DNA of 64,000 nt from Candidatus Buchananbacteria bacterium. GTDB lineage: Bacteria > Patescibacteriota > Patescibacteriia > 2-01-FULL-39-33. The translations under genes and the position numbers were made by a program. The notes beneath the pieces were generated by a model, which searched no databases, was not told the origin of the DNA, and saw only the letters and a list, made by a program, of their open reading frames with translations. How positions within the stretch are numbered: position 1 is the stretch's first letter; the number at the start of each line of letters is the position of its first letter. The stretch covers positions 6,490 through 70,489 of the forward strand of contig JAUSEE010000036.1 in the NCBI GenBank assembly GCA_030650095.1, in the 5' to 3' direction. Of the stretch, positions 47,127-56,034 are shown piece after piece.

Positions 47127-49483
47127 CACTGGGCTAACTCCTTTTTGGTTTTTTCTACCGCCGTCCAATACTTAAATATTTCACTGCCAGCCAGATCATC
47201 CAAATTGACAGTTTCCAAATATTGAATCGCTAGTGAAGTTATGGCCGCAAACTGATATTCGGCGATAAGCTGGGCAATCATTTCTTGAATATTGCCCAAA
47301 CACGGCTCGCCCCTAGAATTAACATGGGGATGGTTAATGTTATAACCATTATAACCGCCGGCGGCCTGCCTGGTGGTATTGAAAAAAAGAAGGCCGCCAT
47401 TAGCACCATCCAAAAATATTTCTATGCGGAATTTGCCGATATCAAAAGTGAATTCTTTACCGGCTTTGTCCTTGCAAGTAATGTAAATATTGTAAGTGTG
47501 CACAATCAGCTTGCCATCCTTGGCCGTAACATTTTCCACTCCTTCAATATCAAAAAGACGATTATACTCGGTCTCAAAACCGGTTTTATCACTGGCTGTA
47601 ATATTTTTCAAAATCTTCAATTTCTGCTGCGCCTCTTTTTCTTGGCGTATTTTATTGACTAATTCTTTCTGTAAAGCGGCAACCGCCTTAGTCCATTCAG
47701 TAATAGACCTACTTAGATCGAGGCTGGCCCTTTCCTGCCTATCTTGGCAGAGGTTAACATAGCCGTCCATCGCCCTTCGGCGACGAATTTCTTTAATCGC
47801 CTTATCGCGCTCAATTTTTTCTGCCGGTGTCTTATTCAGCTCTATTACCGTTAATTCCAAAATACGACGATAAATATCAATCCCACCACTCATTTCCCTA
47901 TAGCCCAAGGGGATATAAATATACAAATTATGGTCCAATAACTCCGCTACGGTAAAAAGCGATTCGCTATCTATAATTTCCACACCCATGTCGATTGGTT
48001 TAAAATACTGCCAACCATAACGACTATTATTAGTACTAAAGCCGAAAATTTTGTCCGGCATATCAACTTTGTCCGATAAAGTATTATTAGCTGGTGCGGC
48101 ATGTAGCCAAATATGGAATAAATTATCATTAATAGGCTGAAACATTTTTCTAAGTCCTTGACAATTATGACAAATAATTTTCTTATTTAAAACCGGCAAA
48201 AGAATGTTCTCGGTCTCGGTTTTCATTTTAGCCATATTACCGACACGGTTAGAATTATTGAAAATAACCACCTGAGGAGCATTAATCAAAGCCAATCTTT
48301 CCTCGGAGCTCAATTTAAATATATTAGCTGTTTCCTCTAGTACCTTTTCCAAAATGGCATAATCATCTGATCTGTCCTTATGGACAGCATCATGGAAAAT
48401 ATAAAGATTATTGCCAATAACCTCGGCTACCGCATAACCCTCTGTTTCTGCTATAACTATGCCCAAACCAGAGGGCAAATAAGACCCATCGGCACAACCA
48501 ATCCTATGACCCCACATTATTGGCGGAGTTTCAACTTCACAATTGCCAGAGGGAGCCGACCAGATATTAATATGCAGAAATCTGCCAGCTTTGTCATCGG
48601 GGATAGGCTCAAAAAGATGTTGGTGAGGCACCCTAACTATGGCGCCATGAAAAATTTCTCTCGGCAATATTCGCTCAATAATGTCTTTCAATTTATCTTG
48701 CACCATTTCGCCATCCCAACTTTTAAAGATAATATCCATCGGCAAAAGCTTTCGCGCTTCTTCAACACTAGCAGCCAAAAGAACAGGCAAATATTTTTTG
48801 ATCTGCTGACTTATTGCCCGGCCATAAACTTCATCCGGACAATTAGGAATTTTTCTAAAACAAATCAGGCGTTTGGTTGGGTAATATTCAATATCAAGCA
48901 ACAAATCACAATCAGTTGTTAATTCGGCTTCAGCCATATTCAAAAATCTGCCCAAAACTATATTGAGCTGATCTGTAACTGGGCTAATACTTAATGTATC
49001 GTCTACAAGACCTTCATGGAAAACAATTTTTTTAACACCGCTGGCCTCAGTTAAAATATCCCTGTATAAATCAGGATAATACTGGGGCGAGAAATGTCTC
49101 ATAACATTGTTTAATAATTGCGCCCAATGATCGCATCTGGTGCCCTTGGGTTTGGAAACTGTCAGATCGGGGTATTGTATTTTTACTTCCTCCACGGGAG
49201 TTTCTTCTGCTATTTCATCAGCCACTTCTTCATCTTCAAATACTGAGAAATCAAAATTAACAGTATTGGAAGGTGCCACTGCCAATTTTACTATACCGGG
49301 AATACTGGTTTCGCTATGTTCAAAAACATCAAAGCCCAAAATACCCAAAGCGTTAACAATATTATTTTGCTCAAAAACCAAACCATTCCAGCCATCAATT
49401 TCCATTTTTACAAAAGATATTTGAGCCACTATGAGTTTTTTTTGCTTTTTATTAGAGACATCTGCAATAAAGAAATTACGCAT
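47126..49483 (-). CDS. Large protein with tandem repeat domains, coiled coil and C-terminal E2-like (UBC-fold) domain
   Basis: C-terminal FDIGKFRIEI...HPHVNSRGEPCLGN parallels the E2 HPN(V/I)...GxxCL catalytic motif (Cys728). Duplicated ~150-aa unit at aa ~250-397 and ~405-557. AAGGAG SD. Confidence 0.8.
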   Translation of the reverse strand: MRNFFIADVSNKKQKKLIVAQISFVKMEIDGWNGLVFEQNNIVNALGILGFDVFEHSETSIPGIVKLAVAPSNTVNFDFSVFEDEEVADEIAEETPVEEVKIQYPDLTVSKPKGTRCDHWAQLLNNVMRHFSPQYYPDLYRDILTEASGVKKIVFHEGLVDDTLSISPVTDQLNIVLGRFLNMAEAELTTDCDLLLDIEYYPTKRLICFRKIPNCPDEVYGRAISQQIKKYLPVLLAASVEEARKLLPMDIIFKSWDGEMVQDKLKDIIERILPREIFHGAIVRVPHQHLFEPIPDDKAGRFLHINIWSAPSGNCEVETPPIMWGHRIGCADGSYLPSGLGIVIAETEGYAVAEVIGNNLYIFHDAVHKDRSDDYAILEKVLEETANIFKLSSEERLALINAPQVVIFNNSNRVGNMAKMKTETENILLPVLNKKIICHNCQGLRKMFQPINDNLFHIWLHAAPANNTLSDKVDMPDKIFGFSTNNSRYGWQYFKPIDMGVEIIDSESLFTVAELLDHNLYIYIPLGYREMSGGIDIYRRILELTVIELNKTPAEKIERDKAIKEIRRRRAMDGYVNLCQDRQERASLDLSRSITEWTKAVAALQKELVNKIRQEKEAQQKLKILKNITASDKTGFETEYNRLFDIEGVENVTAKDGKLIVHTYNIYITCKDKAGKEFTFDIGKFRIEIFLDGANGGLLFFNTTRQAAGGYNGYNINHPHVNSRGEPCLGNIQEMIAQLIAEYQFAAITSLAIQYLETVNLDDLAGSEIFKYWTAVEKTKKELAQ

Positions 49484-49574
49484 GAGTTTTCTCCTTTTGG
49501 CTGTTTTTATGCCCTAGAACCATTGTTCTAAAACTTTTTTGGTTGTCAATGATCTATCTCCTCTTAAACAAAAA

Positions 49575-49619
49575 GAGGAAAGGCTAAAAAGACAAAATTT
49601 GCCTGTTTAGCTTTTCCTC
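49575..49619 (-). terminator. Leader hairpin with U-tract upstream of the Ubl operon
   Basis: GAGGAAAAGCTAAACAGGCAA/TTGTCTTTTTAGCCTTTCCTC, a ~21-bp imperfect stem followed by TTTTTGTTT. Confidence 0.6.
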
Positions 49620-49644
49620 CTGATTTGAAATTATGTAACTCTTT

Positions 49645-49673
49645 ACTCTAACAAAATAGGTGATTTATGTCAA
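49645..49673 (-). promoter_or_regulatory. Sigma70-type promoter for the Ubl operon
   Basis: TTGACA-17nt-TAGAGT with TG ahead of the -10. Confidence 0.6.
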
Positions 49674-49691
49674 CCAAAAAATATGTTTTTC

Positions 49692-49772
49692 TGTCATTGC
49701 GAGCATAGCGAAGCAATCCCATTTAATCAAATACGGGATTGCTTCAGTCGCTTAAGCTCCTTCGCAATGACA
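49692..49772. repeat. REP-like palindromic element
   Basis: tgtcattgcgagcatagcgaagcaatccc...gggattgcttcagtcgcttaagctccttcgcaatgaca. Confidence 0.85.
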
Positions 49773-49856
49773 ATTATTGTTATATTTTATCTAATTTAAA
49801 ACAAAATACCCGCTACTGCGGGTATTTTTTAAAACTGTCAATTTTGGCTAAAATGG

Positions 49857-50330
49857 CTATTCTACAATCAGCTGGCCAAACATGCCATTGGCTCGATGCT
49901 GGCCGACACTGCAATAATACTCAAATGTTCCGGCCTGGTCGGCTATAAACTCCACCGTCTTAGATTCTCCGGCTTTTATTTGTCCGGTATTAACGCTAAA
50001 CTCATCTATTAAAAAGTCGTGAAAACCTTCTTGATTGATGAAAACAATTTTCACCTTGTCGCCCTTTTTAACTTTCATTTCTTTCAAAGAGAAAGAATAA
50101 TTGGCGCCCGAAACCGTAAACTCCTTAACCGCCGGTGCTGTCTGGCTGCTATTTAAATTGGTGTCCGGAGTTTCATTATTTGTATTATTATTTTCATTAA
50201 TTATGTTTTGGGACATTGCTTGAGAACCACCTTCAATCGGGCCATTATATGGTCGTTTGTAGAAATAAAAAGCACCAGCCAAGATTATAATAATTACAAT
50301 GATCATTAACAATATTTTGTTTTTTGACAT
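49857..50330 (-). CDS. Membrane-anchored cupredoxin-domain protein
   Basis: N-terminal TM, VKKGDKVKI...HDF...YYCSVGQHRANGM type-1 copper ligands (H, C, H, M). Confidence 0.9.
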   Translation of the reverse strand: MSKNKILLMIIVIIIILAGAFYFYKRPYNGPIEGGSQAMSQNIINENNNTNNETPDTNLNSSQTAPAVKEFTVSGANYSFSLKEMKVKKGDKVKIVFINQEGFHDFLIDEFSVNTGQIKAGESKTVEFIADQAGTFEYYCSVGQHRANGMFGQLIVE

Positions 50331-50348
50331 ATTTTTGAATTTTAAAAA

Positions 50349-50951
50349 CTATTTTATATTTTTATAATACTCATTAACCTGCTCCCAATTGATAACCTTA
50401 AAAAAGGCTTCAATGTATTCCGGTCGGCGGTTTTGATATTTTAAATAATAAGCGTGTTCCCAAATATCCAAACATAAAATAGGACTCTGGCCGCTACTTA
50501 TGGGAGTGTCTTGATTGGGGGTGGTTATTATTTCCAAATCGCCGCCACTTTTAACCAGCCAAGACCAGCCGCTGCCGAATAATTTTAAAGAGGCATCCGT
50601 AAATTGTTTTTTAAATTCTTCAAAACTGCCGAACTTGTCATTGATGCCTTGGGCTATTTCTCCCGCGCAAGGAACATCTTTTTTTAGCACTTGCCAAAAC
50701 ATAGCGTGATTTAGAGCTCCGCCGCCACTGTTTCTAACAGCGGTTCTTATTTCTTCTGGAATGTCACTAAGATTTTTTAGCAGATCTTCCAACGGCTTGT
50801 TTTGCAGATCTTCATATTTTTCCAAAGCCGTATTCAATTTGTCTACGTAGCCGACATAATGTTTGCCGTGGTGTATTTCCATGGTTTTTTGATCAATAAA
50901 CGGCTCCAAGGCATCATAAGAATAGGGCAATTCTTCCGGTGTGTATTTCAT
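50349..50951 (-). CDS. sodA: Superoxide dismutase, Fe/Mn family (Mn-type signature)
   Basis: LPYSYDALEP, HHGKH, GGGALNH, FGSGWSWL, DIWEHAYY. Confidence 0.93.
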   Translation of the reverse strand: MKYTPEELPYSYDALEPFIDQKTMEIHHGKHYVGYVDKLNTALEKYEDLQNKPLEDLLKNLSDIPEEIRTAVRNSGGGALNHAMFWQVLKKDVPCAGEIAQGINDKFGSFEEFKKQFTDASLKLFGSGWSWLVKSGGDLEIITTPNQDTPISSGQSPILCLDIWEHAYYLKYQNRRPEYIEAFFKVINWEQVNEYYKNIK

Positions 50952-51038
50952 ATTTTAGAGTTATTAATTATTTTATATTATTTAATCCAAGCGCTGGGTA
51001 GAGATTAAATATTAATTTTTAAAGTTATAATAAAAAGA

Positions 51039-51392
51039 TTAAGAAGCTTTTCTAAACCTTACGCTGAAAACCGGCTCGTAATTATTATCATATTCATCAG
51101 TGATTTTAACCGTCTCCCCTTTCATCAGCTGGCTTAAAGCCATATCGCCCAAAAGTTCGTTATCGGTTTTGATAGCCAATTTTAAGCCATCCAATTGATC
51201 AAGTTCGCTTTTAAATTGTGATTTTATGTCCTGCTCTATTTTCTTTTTCTTTTCTTTTAAAACATTCAGTTCGCCTGTAACATCCTGGTATTCTTTAGAT
51301 GTGGCCAAGGCATCTTTGTAGACCAACTTTATTTCGCGCTGTTCTTTTTTAGCTTCCCTGATACGATTGAAAACTTCTTCTAAATCAGCCAT
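51039..51392 (-). CDS. Hypothetical coiled-coil protein
   Basis: 117-aa helical ORF ending YEPVFSVRFRK. Confidence 0.8.
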   Translation of the reverse strand: MADLEEVFNRIREAKKEQREIKLVYKDALATSKEYQDVTGELNVLKEKKKKIEQDIKSQFKSELDQLDGLKLAIKTDNELLGDMALSQLMKGETVKITDEYDNNYEPVFSVRFRKAS

Positions 51393-51522
51393 AAAAATGG
51401 ATTTAATTTAATTTATTAGTAATTTAAGCGACTGGCAGTAAAATACATTTTATCATAAATCAAGGAAGTAAACTACTACGCCCTTACGGACGTAATAGTT
51501 TACAATTCAAGCTTCGCTTGTC

Positions 51523-51678
51523 CGCTGTCTTCTTGGTTAATATTTTGTTTCTGTCATTGCGAGGCACGAAGCAATCCCAGTTGATATAAACATGAGATTG
51601 CTTCACTTCGTTCGCAATGACAAATGAAGACAGCGGAAAAGACTTCATCTATGGGCTAACGCCCATAGTATTTCGTGG
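51523..51678. repeat. Composite repeat: shared outer shell around a GTCATTGCG-family REP core
   Basis: Core matches 34820-34901 (inverted). Flanks match 55870-56010 (inverted). Confidence 0.8.
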
Positions 51679-51706
51679 ATAAAATAAAAAAATCCCCAAT
51701 AATCTA

Positions 51707-52162
51707 TTAGGGATTGCGGCCGTTTCTGGCCTTAATGCTTTTCTCTAACTCTTCAATAACATTCTCTATAGCCTTTTTATCGGTCATTTTCCAGCTATCT
51801 TCAATACGCTGTTTCTCTCTTAAAACCGACAATTTTTCACTGCGATTTGAAACCATGGATTTAAGCGATTGATTTAAAATATTACGGGTAAAAGGAGAAA
51901 ACATTTCAAATCTGGCTGCCAAAACAGCCACGATAGCCACTAGTAGGAGCAGGCAGCCCAAAATTTTTATTTCGGGCATGGTATTCTTAACGGTCAAACG
52001 GTAAGTTTCCAGAGGAGTCATATCCAAAAGATCCGGCTGGCCGTTATTTGAACTAATAGTTGCCAAATCAGTTTTGGCTGAAGAAGAATTATAATAACTG
52101 ACAGCCAAAATAAAAAAAACTAAAATCAAAAAGAATAAGCCGGCTAATGTTTTAAAACTCAT
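51707..52162 (-). CDS. Hypothetical 2-TM protein
   Basis: 151 aa, third gene of a small operon. Confidence 0.7.
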   Translation of the reverse strand: MSFKTLAGLFFLILVFFILAVSYYNSSSAKTDLATISSNNGQPDLLDMTPLETYRLTVKNTMPEIKILGCLLLLVAIVAVLAARFEMFSPFTRNILNQSLKSMVSNRSEKLSVLREKQRIEDSWKMTDKKAIENVIEELEKSIKARNGRNP

Positions 52163-52166
52163 GGGT

Positions 52167-52424
52167 TTAACCGCCCATTATGGTTCTGCTTTTATAAAAC
52201 CACTTGTAAATGCCAAGCAGCCAAACACCGGTATAGACTATGCTCATGACAAATAAAGTCCACTGATGATGATAAAGAGTGGTAAAATACCAGAAAGGCT
52301 GGTGCGCTAAGCCAATAACATTGCCCCACTTGTTCTTAAGGCAAGAGAGCATAAAAACAGCGCCTAGCCCAAAGATAAAAATGCCAACCTGGGAAATTAA
52401 ATCAACTATCTGCCAAATGTCCAT
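52167..52424 (-). CDS. Small 3-TM protein, PnuC/SemiSWEET-like
   Basis: 85 aa, KWGNVIGLAHQPFW...YTGVWLLGIYKW. CAGGAG SD. Confidence 0.65.
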   Translation of the reverse strand: MDIWQIVDLISQVGIFIFGLGAVFMLSCLKNKWGNVIGLAHQPFWYFTTLYHHQWTLFVMSIVYTGVWLLGIYKWFYKSRTIMGG

Positions 52425-52450
52425 AATTCTTCTCCTGGTGGTAGATTATT

Positions 52451-53110
52451 TTAATCATTGTTAAGTATCACCAGATCGGCTTGTTCCATCTGCGGAGCAA
52501 CATATTTTTCATAATAAGGCTCAACCCTTTCAACAATAAACAACAGAGTATCTTCCGGGGAATCATGAAGAACACCAGTATCTCTTTTTATCCGACGGGC
52601 AATTCTAACCTCATCATCGGCGGTGATAAATATCTTAATCGCCTCACTGATATCACCCATAGCACTGATAACAAAAAGCCCCTCGGTTATTACTACCGGC
52701 CGAGCTATCACCGGGCGCGTGGCGCCCGACAGCCGCTTATTGGTTTTTTTATCGTAAACCGGGCTGGCTATTGATTCGCCGGAAAGCAAGCGCTTAACAT
52801 CGCGGTTAAACTCATCCAAGAGATAAGACTGGGGCAGATCAAAAATGGCTCTGCTATGATCATCAAAAGGGAAAGCGGGATAATCAATGTCTTTATAATA
52901 ATCATCAAAATTAAGCACCGATGTCTCAATGCTAAGCCTGGCCATAATTTCCGCCAGTTTTTGAGCCAACAAGCTTTTTCCAGAACAACTGCCGCCGGCT
53001 ATAGCCAAAAGAACCGGGCTTGTTCTGTTTAATTGATGCAAATGAACGTCAATTACATCAACAACCACATGCAAACCTTGATCAAAACCGTCAATAGACG
53101 AGCGTCCCAT
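52451..53110 (-). CDS. Uridine kinase-family nucleoside kinase
   Basis: AIAGGSCSGKS, FDDYY, FDLP, ITEGLF, RIARRIKRD. AAGGAGG SD. Confidence 0.88.
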   Translation of the reverse strand: MGRSSIDGFDQGLHVVVDVIDVHLHQLNRTSPVLLAIAGGSCSGKSLLAQKLAEIMARLSIETSVLNFDDYYKDIDYPAFPFDDHSRAIFDLPQSYLLDEFNRDVKRLLSGESIASPVYDKKTNKRLSGATRPVIARPVVITEGLFVISAMGDISEAIKIFITADDEVRIARRIKRDTGVLHDSPEDTLLFIVERVEPYYEKYVAPQMEQADLVILNND

Positions 53111-53277
53111 ATCTTTAAGCCTCCTTGGTTTTTTATAATTTTTTCAATGTGCGAATATTGAATAATAACACTTTTTACAGAAAAGTCAAAATAAGACAAC
53201 TCTTAACGCCCAATTTATTTTTATTTTGTTAAGGCATATGTGTTATAATTAACTTTATCATAAGGTTTGATAAAAAT

Positions 53278-55815
53278 ATGGAGACATTTAAATACACTGC
53301 CAAAAGTTCAAAAGAAATTGTCAAAGAATTTAACTCTGACTCTTCTAGAGGACTATCATCAAAAAAAGCCAAAGAACTGCTCCTTAAATACGGCCATAAT
53401 ATTTTAAGCAAATCGGAGCTCCAATGGTGGAAAATACTGGCCAGGCAATTCAAATCGGCTTTTATTTATCTTCTTATTATAGCTTCTGTCATAAGCATTG
53501 GTTTGAGGGAATTTATAGAAGGGGCCATGATTATAATTTTCTTGCTCATCAACGCCGGTTTGGGGTTTTTTCAAGAATACAGATCGGAAAAAACAGTTAA
53601 ACTCCTAAAAAAATATATCATCTCCTACGTACGGGTCTGGCGTGATAATAAAAAAATTATCATAAAATCAGAGGAACTAGTACCTGGAGATATTATTTTT
53701 TTAGAGACGGGCGATAAAATACCGGCCGATGTGCGTTTTCTGGAAACAGAAAATTTAATAGTTGATGAATCAGTTCTCACTGGTGAATCAATGCCAGTTA
53801 ATAAAATAAGCGATACTCTAAAAAACGAGGCCGGCGCCCATTATCAGGCTCTTAATTTGGGGTTTTCCGGCACAGCCGTCTTAAAAGGCGAGGCCAAGGC
53901 GATTGTCATAGCCAGCGGTTTTAAAACAGCCATGGGGAAAATTGCCAAATTATCAACTGAAACCAAAAGAACCAGCGATTTTGAAAAAGGCATTGCCAAG
54001 TTTTCCAGCTTTATCCTTAAACTGATAATTGTCACTCTTATAATAGTTTTTTTGGCTAATATCCTAATCAAAGGCCACGGTCTAAACATTATTGAACTGA
54101 TAATTTTTTCCATCGCCTTAACCGTTAGTGTTATACCGGAAGCTCTGCCGGTGGTAACCACTTTCGCTCTCTCCAGCGGAGCCATGGCCTTAGCTAAGAA
54201 AAAAATAATCGTTAAAAGATTATCAGCGGTCGAGGATTTGGGCGGAATTGAAGTCTTATGCACCGATAAAACCGGCACATTAACCCAAAATAAATTAGCC
54301 GTTACGGATATTTATGCTCCAAATGGAAAATCTGATGATGTTTTATTTTTTGCCAATCTGGCCTCATCTTTTGACCAAACTAAAAAATTAGAACCATTTG
54401 ATATAGCTTTGTGTGATAAACTGGATAAAGCCAGCCAAAAGGAAGTTTGCAGCTATACTATTTCTAAGGAATGCCCTTTTGATCCTAATATCAGAAGGAA
54501 TATAACTTTGGTTTCCAAAAAGAGCAATCAAACCTTAATCACTCGAGGCGCCACAGAATCAATCTTGCCGCTTTGTAAAAACATCCCAGCCCAAGAAATA
54601 AAAAACATTAAAAATTGGCTGATAAAAGAGGGTGAATTAGGGCACAGAACCATGGCCGTGGCCTATAAAACAGGCGCCAAAATAAAAAATAATTTAGAAC
54701 AAGAAAATGATTTTGATTTCTTAGGCATAGTATCATTTTCCGACAGCATTAAACAAAGCGCCTACCAAATAGCCAAGCAAGCCAAACTGCTGGGAGTTAA
54801 GATAAAAATAATAACCGGCGACAGCCCGGAAGTGGCCGGAGCAGTGGCTTACAAGATAGGCTTGATTAGTTCCCCGCAGGAAGTCATAACAGCCGAGCAA
54901 TGGGAAAAGTTAAAACCGCAGAAAAAAAGAGAGGCCTTGGAAAAATATTCAGTTTTTGCCCGAGTTTCGCCGGAACAAAAATATGCCGTCATAGAAGCAT
55001 TGCAAGTTGATCATACTGTGGGATTTTTAGGTGAAGGCATAAACGACGCTCCGGTTTTAAAAATTGCCGGCGTTTCGCTGGTAGTGGATAGCGCTTCTGA
55101 TATTGCCAAAGAATCAGCCGATATCTTGCTCCTGCAGAAGGACTTGAAAGTCATATTGGACGGCATAGAAGAGGGCCGGAAAATATTTGCCAATACCGCC
55201 AAATATATCAAAGCGACTTTAATATCAAATTTTGGCAATTTTTTTGCCATATCCGTCGCTTCACTCTTGATAGATTTTTTACCTATGTTCCCCTTACAAA
55301 TACTTTTGGTAAATCTTTTATCCGATTTTCCGATGATTGCCATAGCTACCGATTCTGTTGATAAAAACGAATTAAAGTCGCCTAAAAAATATGAAATCAA
55401 AGACATTGTCATCTTATCAATTACTCTGGGTTTTTTAAGCACGGTTTTTGATTTTATATTTTTTGCCCTATTTTATAAAATATCGCCTGGGGTTTTGCAA
55501 ACCAATTGGTTTATCGGCAGCATCCTGACAGAACTGGTTTTAATTTTTTCCATACGCACAAAATTTTCCTTCCTCAAAGCCAAGAGGCCTTCGGCTGTTC
55601 TTTCCATCCTATCAATAGTAGCCATTTTGGCCACGGTGATTATTCCTTTCACTTATTTAGGACAGCACCTGTTTATGTTTATTAGACCGTCACTTAACCA
55701 TTTAGTGATAATATTCGGACTGGTGATTGCTTATTTCATCAGTACAGAAGCTTTAAAATTAATCTTCTTTAAAAAATTAAACGGCAATCTCCTGGAAAAA
55801 ACATCACCGGCTTAA
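53278..55815 (+). CDS. P-type cation-transporting ATPase (MgtA-like)
   Basis: LTGES, PEALP, DKTGTLT, TGD, RVSPEQK, GEGIND, SNFGN. Confidence 0.93.
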   Translation: METFKYTAKSSKEIVKEFNSDSSRGLSSKKAKELLLKYGHNILSKSELQWWKILARQFKSAFIYLLIIASVISIGLREFIEGAMIIIFLLINAGLGFFQEYRSEKTVKLLKKYIISYVRVWRDNKKIIIKSEELVPGDIIFLETGDKIPADVRFLETENLIVDESVLTGESMPVNKISDTLKNEAGAHYQALNLGFSGTAVLKGEAKAIVIASGFKTAMGKIAKLSTETKRTSDFEKGIAKFSSFILKLIIVTLIIVFLANILIKGHGLNIIELIIFSIALTVSVIPEALPVVTTFALSSGAMALAKKKIIVKRLSAVEDLGGIEVLCTDKTGTLTQNKLAVTDIYAPNGKSDDVLFFANLASSFDQTKKLEPFDIALCDKLDKASQKEVCSYTISKECPFDPNIRRNITLVSKKSNQTLITRGATESILPLCKNIPAQEIKNIKNWLIKEGELGHRTMAVAYKTGAKIKNNLEQENDFDFLGIVSFSDSIKQSAYQIAKQAKLLGVKIKIITGDSPEVAGAVAYKIGLISSPQEVITAEQWEKLKPQKKREALEKYSVFARVSPEQKYAVIEALQVDHTVGFLGEGINDAPVLKIAGVSLVVDSASDIAKESADILLLQKDLKVILDGIEEGRKIFANTAKYIKATLISNFGNFFAISVASLLIDFLPMFPLQILLVNLLSDFPMIAIATDSVDKNELKSPKKYEIKDIVILSITLGFLSTVFDFIFFALFYKISPGVLQTNWFIGSILTELVLIFSIRTKFSFLKAKRPSAVLSILSIVAILATVIIPFTYLGQHLFMFIRPSLNHLVIIFGLVIAYFISTEALKLIFFKKLNGNLLEKTSPA

Positions 55816-55832
55816 TAATATTTTAACTGTAA

Positions 55833-55863
55833 AAAAATAACACCCTTTTGGGGTGTTATTTTT
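55833..55863. terminator. Bidirectional intrinsic terminator
   Basis: aaaaataacaccc-ttttg-gggtgttattttt. Confidence 0.75.
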
Positions 55864-55869
55864 ATTTCA

Positions 55870-56010
55870 CCTACGAAATATTATGGGTGTTAGCCCATAG
55901 ATGAAGCATTTTCCATTGTCTTTATGTGTCATCCCGAGCGCAGTCGAGGGATCCCTCCATTTCGCTACGCTTCAGTCGGGATGACAAAAACAAAATATTA
56001 ATCAAGATGG
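55870..56010. repeat. Composite repeat: same shell as 51523-51678 around a GTCATCCCG-family REP core
   Basis: tgtcatcccgagcgcagtcgagggatccctcc...cgggatgaca, flanked by tatgggtgttagcccatagatgaag and aaacaaaatattaatcaaga. Confidence 0.8.
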
Positions 56011-56034
56011 TTAGTAGCTTCGCCAATATATTTT

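Noticed and set aside
51468-51504. gtaaactactacgcccttacggacgtaatagtttac hairpin as an IS end
   Set aside because: No partner end or second copy in the window, so it cannot be assigned.
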